Below are positions 8,467-13,209 of a stretch of DNA of 13,209 nt, piece after piece. The first letter of the stretch is position 1. Each line of letters opens with the position of its first letter. Source of the DNA: Armatimonadota bacterium (GTDB lineage Bacteria > Armatimonadota > Hebobacteria > CAIYQO01); NCBI GenBank assembly GCA_038248345.1, contig JBBRXO010000076.1, positions 1 through 13,209 on the forward strand. The letters are read 5' to 3'. The notes under the pieces were generated by a model that was not told where the DNA came from, ran no database searches, and was given only the letters and a program-made list of their open reading frames with translations. Position numbers and translations under genes: made by a program.

Positions 8467-8516
8467 CCACCCCCTAAAAGAGGTGGCTAACAACTGCAAG
8501 CACGCTAAAGCGCGCT
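8467..8516 (-). repeat. Pair of hairpins with TTTA-containing loops (REP-like or IS200/IS605-end-like)
   Basis: Minus strand: AGCGCGC-TTTA-GCGTGCT ... CCACCTC-TTTTAG-GGGGTGG. Both stems pair fully with G-T wobble on the minus strand only. Confidence 0.55.
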
Positions 8517-8557
8517 ATTATTCTATCCAATTATACCTTCCTCTATTTACCCGTTCT

Positions 8558-8580
8558 CATGGGCGGGACGCCCATGCTAC
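8558..8580 (-). repeat. GTAG-family REP-like palindrome
   Basis: Minus strand GTAG-CATGGGCG-TCC-CGCCCATG: GTAG tetranucleotide followed by a perfect 8-bp GC-rich stem with a 3-nt loop. Confidence 0.75.
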
Positions 8581-8583
8581 GAT

Positions 8584-8607
8584 GGGGCGCAAGCCTTGCG
8601 CCCCTAC
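8584..8607 (-). repeat. GTAG-family REP-like palindrome overlapping the permease stop codon
   Basis: Minus strand GTAG-GGGCGCAA-GGC-TTGCGCCCC. The TAG of GTAG is the stop codon (8606-8604). Confidence 0.75.
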
Positions 8608-9737
8608 AACTTCTTCTTAAAGCGCCTAGTGGCGATGGTGAACAGGAGCAGGCCGAAGATGAGGAGCGCCAGGCCGGGCGCCCAGATGTCGGCGAAGCCG
8701 CTGCCTTTCAGGAAAATGCCACGGAGCATGGTTATCAGGTGGCGTGCCGGGATGATGTTGGTGATCAATTGGATGACGGGGGGCATGGAGGTTATCGGGA
8801 ACATGAAACCGGAGAGGATGATGGTGGGCAGTTGCGTGCCCATCATGGCTCCCAACATCGCCACCTGTTGCGTAGGCGCGACCACCGAGATGAGCAGGCC
8901 GATGCTCAAGGCGGCGAACAGGAAGATCGCCGAGGAGAGCAGCACATAGAGCGGATTGCCCAGCAAGGGCACATGGAAAACAAAGACCGCCAGCAGTAGC
9001 ACGGTGATGACGTCGACGAAGGCGATGATGACATAGGGGATGAGTTTGCCCAGCATCAACTCAAACGGCTTAATAGGCGAGGCGATGAGCGACTCGATGG
9101 TGCCGCGCTCGCGCTCACGTACCACGGTGGTGGAGGTGAGTAGCGCGGATAGCATCATCAGGATGGTGGCGATAAGGCCGGGTATGGTGGCGTTGGCGCT
9201 GCGCAACTCGGGGTTGTACCAGTAGCGCACCCGATTATCAATAGGCAACACGGCGTTGCCGACTTGGTGGCCGGTGCGCTGGATAGCCTCCAGGGAAATC
9301 TTCACTGACTGCTGCTGAATGATGCCGGCGATATAGCCGATGGCGGTGGTGGCGGTAGTGGAGTCAGATGCATCCACCAGTATCTGCACCGGGGTTACCC
9401 GTCCGCTGGCGACATCCTCGGCATAGGTGACAGGAATCACCAGTACCACCTTCACTTTGCCAGCGTCCAGCGCGTCGTCGATCTCCGCATTGCTTTGTGG
9501 ATAGAGGATCGGGTTGAAATATTCGCTATGCGAGAAAGCGCCCACCAGGTCGCGCGACTGCTGCGTTTTGCTCTGGTCATACACGCCCATACGCACATGC
9601 TTCACATCCATATTGATGGCGTAGCCGAAGACGGTGAGCATGAAGACCGGCAACGCGATGACCACCGCCAGCATCCGCGCATCGCGGAATATCTGGATGA
9701 ACTCCTTCCATATTATCATGCGTATACGCAGTAGCAT
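8604..9737 (-). CDS. ABC-2 type transporter permease (YbhS-like)
   Basis: 377 aa. WKEFIQIFRDAR, FGYAINMDV, YWYNPEL, VVRERERGTIESLIASP, LMLGKLIPY, LSGFMFPITSMP; paralog of the downstream permease. Confidence 0.93.
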   Translation of the reverse strand: MLLRIRMIIWKEFIQIFRDARMLAVVIALPVFMLTVFGYAINMDVKHVRMGVYDQSKTQQSRDLVGAFSHSEYFNPILYPQSNAEIDDALDAGKVKVVLVIPVTYAEDVASGRVTPVQILVDASDSTTATTAIGYIAGIIQQQSVKISLEAIQRTGHQVGNAVLPIDNRVRYWYNPELRSANATIPGLIATILMMLSALLTSTTVVRERERGTIESLIASPIKPFELMLGKLIPYVIIAFVDVITVLLLAVFVFHVPLLGNPLYVLLSSAIFLFAALSIGLLISVVAPTQQVAMLGAMMGTQLPTIILSGFMFPITSMPPVIQLITNIIPARHLITMLRGIFLKGSGFADIWAPGLALLIFGLLLFTIATRRFKKKL

Positions 9738-9740
9738 CGG

Positions 9741-10691
9741 TTACTTCTCTCCTGCAATCGCGCTATCCGCCCGCTCGATAAGTGCGACGAAGGCGTCTTC
9801 CAATGTGGGGACGATGCGCTCGATGGCCGTCACGGTGACGCCGGCAGTTTCCAATTCCTGGCGGAGCGGGGCGATATCAGCTTCCGTTTTTACCATTACA
9901 TGGAGCGCCGCCCCGAAGATGGCGACATCCTGCGCCCGCGGGGACGCCTCCAACGTCTCCAGCGCGCCCATAACGGGAGTGGCGGTTACCTCCAGCAGCA
10001 CATCGGCGACGTACTTTTCCTTCAGATCGGCAGGTGATCCCAGGGCTATCAGCTTGCCGCCGTAGATCAGACCCAGGCGGTCGCAATGCTCTGCCTCATC
10101 CATATAGTGCGTAGTGACGAAGACGGTGACGCCCTTGCCCGCCACGTCGTAGATCAGCTCCCAGAAGTTGCGCCGTGAGATCGGGTCCACCCCGGCGGTC
10201 GGCTCGTCAAGGAAGAGGATGTCCGGCTCATGCACCAGCGCGCAACCCAGCGCCAACCGTTGCTTCCACCCCGTCGCCAGCCCACCGGTGAGGGAATCCA
10301 CGCGCTCGGTGAGGTTGGCCATCTGCAATATCCAGTCCATACGCTCGCGCAACCGTGCGCGGGGGACGCCGTAGATATCGCCATAGAACTCGATATTCTC
10401 CCGCACCGTTAGGTCTTCATAGAGGGAGAACTTCTGGCTCATGTAGCCGATGCGCCCCCGGATCTTCTCGGTGTCCTTGATGATATCAAAACCGTTCACC
10501 GTGCCACTGCCGGAGGTAGGGCCGAGGATGCCACAGAGCATACGGATGGTAGTAGACTTGCCCGCGCCATTAGGCCCCAGAAAGCCAAATATCTCCCCGC
10601 GCGGCACGGTGAAGGAAACGTGATCCACCGCGGTGAAGTCGCCAAAGCGTTTCACTAGGTCATTTACCGCAACTGCTATTTCGTTAGTCAT
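9741..10691 (-). CDS. ABC transporter ATP-binding protein (resembles the second NBD of YbhF)
   Basis: Walker A GPNGAGKST, Q-loop YMSQKFSLY, non-canonical signature LATGW, Walker B ILFLDEPT, H-loop TTHY, C-terminal PTLEDAF. The start overlaps the upstream stop (ATGACTAA). Confidence 0.95.
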   Translation of the reverse strand: MTNEIAVAVNDLVKRFGDFTAVDHVSFTVPRGEIFGFLGPNGAGKSTTIRMLCGILGPTSGSGTVNGFDIIKDTEKIRGRIGYMSQKFSLYEDLTVRENIEFYGDIYGVPRARLRERMDWILQMANLTERVDSLTGGLATGWKQRLALGCALVHEPDILFLDEPTAGVDPISRRNFWELIYDVAGKGVTVFVTTHYMDEAEHCDRLGLIYGGKLIALGSPADLKEKYVADVLLEVTATPVMGALETLEASPRAQDVAIFGAALHVMVKTEADIAPLRQELETAGVTVTAIERIVPTLEDAFVALIERADSAIAGEK

Positions 10692-11625
10692 CTAGTGCTG
10701 CTCCGGGCTGCGCCAACGAGATGAATACGTCCTCCAGATTGGGGACGATCTGCCGGATGGCCGAAACTGTCACTTTATGCTCTGTTAAAGCAGCACGGAC
10801 ACACGGTTCATCAACTACGGCATCCTTCACCCAGACGTGGAGGCGGTCGCCGAATATCTGCACGCCGAGTACATTGGCGCAGGTGCTCAATGCAGCATGG
10901 GCTTCCCGCACCGGTTCGGCCAGCACCTCCAGCAGGTCACCGCGCATGCGTCCTTTCAGCGCGTCGGGGGTGTCGCAGACGGTGATCTTCCCCGCTGAAA
11001 TCAGGGCGACCCGGTTGCAGCGCTCTGCCTCGTCCATGTAGGGGGTGCTGACGAAGACGGTGACGCCATCCTTGAGCAGCGAGTACAATATCCGCCAGAA
11101 GTCGCGCCGCGATACCGGATCAACTCCCGTGGTTGGCTCATCGAGAAAGAGCACCTGCGGGGTGTGGATGAGCGTGCAGGCCAGCGCCAGCTTCTGCTTC
11201 ATCCCGCCGGAGAGGTTGCTCGCTAGCCGGTCGCGGAACGGCTCCAGCCGGCTGAACTCCAGCAGGCGCTTTTCTCGTATTCGGAACTCATCCCCCGTTA
11301 CATGGTAGATACCAGCGAAAAAGCGCATGTTCTCCGCCACCGTCAAATCGCCGTACATGGCGAAACGCTGCGGCATGTAGCCGATGCGGCTCTTCACCAG
11401 CTCTGGTTGTTTGGCTATATCAAACCCCGCCACCTCTGCGGTACCACTAGTGGGGTCTAATATGCCGGCAAGGATGCGCATGGTGGTGGTCTTCCCCGCC
11501 CCATCTGGCCCCACCAGGCCGAATATCTCGCCGGGCCGTACCTCCAGCGTGACGCCGTTGATGGCCACCTGGTCTCCATAAACCTTATGCAAATCCCGGG
11601 CGATAATGGCGTAGTTTTCTGGCAT
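10684..11625 (-). CDS. ABC transporter ATP-binding protein (resembles the first NBD of YbhF)
   Basis: Walker A GPDGAGKTT, YMPQRF, signature LSGGM, Walker B LFLDEPT, H-loop position STPY (no His), C-terminal PNLEDVF. Confidence 0.95.
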   Translation of the reverse strand: MPENYAIIARDLHKVYGDQVAINGVTLEVRPGEIFGLVGPDGAGKTTTMRILAGILDPTSGTAEVAGFDIAKQPELVKSRIGYMPQRFAMYGDLTVAENMRFFAGIYHVTGDEFRIREKRLLEFSRLEPFRDRLASNLSGGMKQKLALACTLIHTPQVLFLDEPTTGVDPVSRRDFWRILYSLLKDGVTVFVSTPYMDEAERCNRVALISAGKITVCDTPDALKGRMRGDLLEVLAEPVREAHAALSTCANVLGVQIFGDRLHVWVKDAVVDEPCVRAALTEHKVTVSAIRQIVPNLEDVFISLAQPGAALDD

Positions 11626-11627
11626 GG

Positions 11628-12905
11628 TTATTCCTTAATCATAATACTAGCGTCGGCAGGCATCCCTGGTTTCAGCTCCTGATTCGGGTTATCCAGGGCG
11701 ATTTTGATACCAAAGACCAGCTTCACGCGTTCTTCCTTCGTCTGCACGTTCTTCGGCGTGAACTCCGGCGTTTCGGCGATCTCACTCACTGTGCCGGTGA
11801 ACTTTTTATTAGCAAAGGAATCTGTCACCACCGTAGCATGTTGCCCCAGTTTCAACTGGCCGATCTTCGTTTCTGGCACATACACGCGTGTCCACACGTG
11901 CTTGAGGTCGGCGATGCGGATGATTGGCTGACCAGGGGTCACTAACTCGCCCGGTTCCACGTTACGCAATGTCACTTTGCCGTCGCAGGGGGCAATGATG
12001 CGCGTCTGCCCCTGCACTTCGGTGGCGGATTTCAGTGCGCCCTTCGCCTGCGCCACCTGGGCATCGGCCAGGTCTTTCGTCTCCTGCGTCGTGCCATTGC
12101 GCGCTTGATCCTGCACCGCCTGCGCCGCTTTCATCTGCGCCGCCGCCTGCTCGCGCACTCTGGTGGCGGCGATTACCTGCGCGCTGGCGGCGGCGACGGC
12201 GGCGCGCGCTCCTGCCAGCTCCTCCGGGCGTGCCCCGTTCAGCGCCGCGTTCAGGCGTGACTGCGCGGCCGCCACCTGCTGCGTGTCCGCCTCCACCACC
12301 TTCTGCACCTGCACCAGCGTCTTATCAGAAACGGCGCCGTTATCGTTGAGCATCTTCACCCGGTTCAAATCATCTTTGGCGTTATCCAGCGCCGCCTGTG
12401 CCTGCGCCACCTGTGCGCGCAATCCGGCAATATCCTCCTCGCGCGGGCCAGCTTCCACCAGTTGCAATTGCGCTTCCACCTGATTATGCTGCTGGGTGGC
12501 CGCCTCCACCTGCGCCTCGGCGGTACGTTGCGCCGCTTGCGCCCCTTCCAGCGTAGCGGCGAAACGTCGTAGCTCCTCCGCGCGGGTGCCGATATCCGCC
12601 TGCCGCTTGTTCGCCTGGGCGCCACTCACCGCGCCAGCTGCCTGTTGCACCTGCCCTTCCTGTACCCCGCCATCAAGCGTGGCTATCAGTTGCCCGGCGG
12701 TCACGCTGTCGCCCTCATGCACCAGCAAGGTGGAAATTTTTCCGCCCACCTGCGAGGCCACGTCTACCTCGGTCGCCTCCACCACTCCGTTGCCCTCGAT
12801 GATGTCGGCCGGCCCTTTGTCAGCTGAACGTACTCGCCAGATGATGACGCCGACGATGAGTGCGATTATTACCAGGGCAATTATTATACGTGGGGCATTA
12901 TTCAT
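11628..12905 (-). CDS. HlyD-family periplasmic adaptor / membrane fusion protein (YbhG-like)
   Basis: 425 aa. N-terminal TM anchor, lipoyl half-motifs (VGGKI..LVHEGDSVTAGQLIATLD; IIAPCDGKV..VEPGELVTPGQPI), long Ala/Gln-rich coiled coil, EFTPKNVQT, LKPGMPA. SD GAGG 7 nt before the ATG. Confidence 0.95.
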   Translation of the reverse strand: MNNAPRIIIALVIIALIVGVIIWRVRSADKGPADIIEGNGVVEATEVDVASQVGGKISTLLVHEGDSVTAGQLIATLDGGVQEGQVQQAAGAVSGAQANKRQADIGTRAEELRRFAATLEGAQAAQRTAEAQVEAATQQHNQVEAQLQLVEAGPREEDIAGLRAQVAQAQAALDNAKDDLNRVKMLNDNGAVSDKTLVQVQKVVEADTQQVAAAQSRLNAALNGARPEELAGARAAVAAASAQVIAATRVREQAAAQMKAAQAVQDQARNGTTQETKDLADAQVAQAKGALKSATEVQGQTRIIAPCDGKVTLRNVEPGELVTPGQPIIRIADLKHVWTRVYVPETKIGQLKLGQHATVVTDSFANKKFTGTVSEIAETPEFTPKNVQTKEERVKLVFGIKIALDNPNQELKPGMPADASIMIKE

Positions 12906-12963
12906 GCGGTTACCTCATCCTCAATGGATAAAAACTCTCAAACAAATTCATGCATATCAGCTT

Positions 12964-12991
12964 ATTGTACTACAGATAATACAATCGTCAA
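12964..12991 (-). promoter_or_regulatory. sigma70-type promoter of the ABC operon with an overlapping palindromic operator candidate
   Basis: Minus strand TTGACG (12991-12986), 16-nt spacer, TACAAT (12969-12964). The inverted repeat ATTGTAcTA-caga-TAaTACAAT spans 12964-12985. Confidence 0.6.
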
Positions 12992-13060
12992 GTGCAAGTA
13001 CATGACAATCAGACATTAGCTGTAGTATTCATCACACTGCATAAAAACCTGCATAGCCTG

Positions 13061-13090
13061 TTGCGCTTATGCCTCGCTCAGGTTTACAAT
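13061..13090 (+). promoter_or_regulatory. Candidate promoter for the divergent gene
   Basis: TTGCGC (13061-13066), 18-nt spacer, TACAAT (13085-13090), upstream of SD GGAGG at 13121. Confidence 0.45.
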
Positions 13091-13131
13091 AACGATAGTC
13101 TTCCATTATCACATCGCAACGGAGGGACATG

Positions 13132-13209
13132 ATGCCGACAGGGATAAACGTTAGCGGAACTATCGACCAGCATCTGAAGAATCTGCACGACATCGAACGG
13201 CAGGACAAT
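13132..13209 (+). CDS. Unidentified protein, N-terminus only (3'-truncated by the window)
   Basis: Strong SD GGAGG (13121-13125) 6 nt before ATG 13132 (alternative ATG at 13129). Frame is open to the window end: MPTGINVSGTIDQHLKNLHDIERQDN. Confidence 0.65.
   Translation, partial: MPTGINVSGTIDQHLKNLHDIERQDN

Noticed and set aside
8401..8607. CRISPR array or intact IS in the repeat-rich spacer
   Set aside because: No repeat-spacer periodicity, no cas or transposase ORF, and no terminal inverted repeats with a target duplication.
10684..10691. Possible frameshift splitting a fused ybhF into two ORFs
   Set aside because: Each ORF is a complete ATPase with its own C-terminal domain. The second has an ATG with GGAG 9 nt upstream, the ATGACTAA overlap is ordinary translational coupling, and there is no slippery sequence.
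7271..12905. ABC/HlyD system as a type I secretion system for the adjacent giant protein
   Set aside because: The transporter is ABC-2/YbhFSR-type rather than HlyB-type. The large protein has an N-terminal Sec signal and no RTX repeats.

Overview
Bacterial chromosomal window with no rRNA, tRNA, CRISPR array or transposase that I can see. Left to right: the 3' end of ispE (+); a convergent cytoplasmic GH2 beta-mannosidase-like gene (-) with its own sigma70-type promoter; and a ~1590-aa secreted multi-domain protein (-) carrying beta-propeller/NHL repeats, an internal FlgD-like Ig domain, a DxNxDG motif and a C-terminal CBM9/DOMON-like domain. Next is a five-gene YbhGFSR-type ABC-2 exporter operon (-): HlyD adaptor, two ATPases and two permeases. 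A divergent unidentified gene starts at the right edge. Most of the content belongs to known families. The best candidates for something undescribed are (1) the giant secreted propeller-FlgD-CBM9 protein next to GH2, (2) a 202-bp spacer inside the ABC operon holding GTAG-type REP palindromes and a heptamer tandem repeat that abuts a start codon, and (3) structural features of the exporter: a symmetrically extended adaptor hairpin and complementary degenerate ATPase motifs. All family calls come from motif recognition by eye; no database searches were run.
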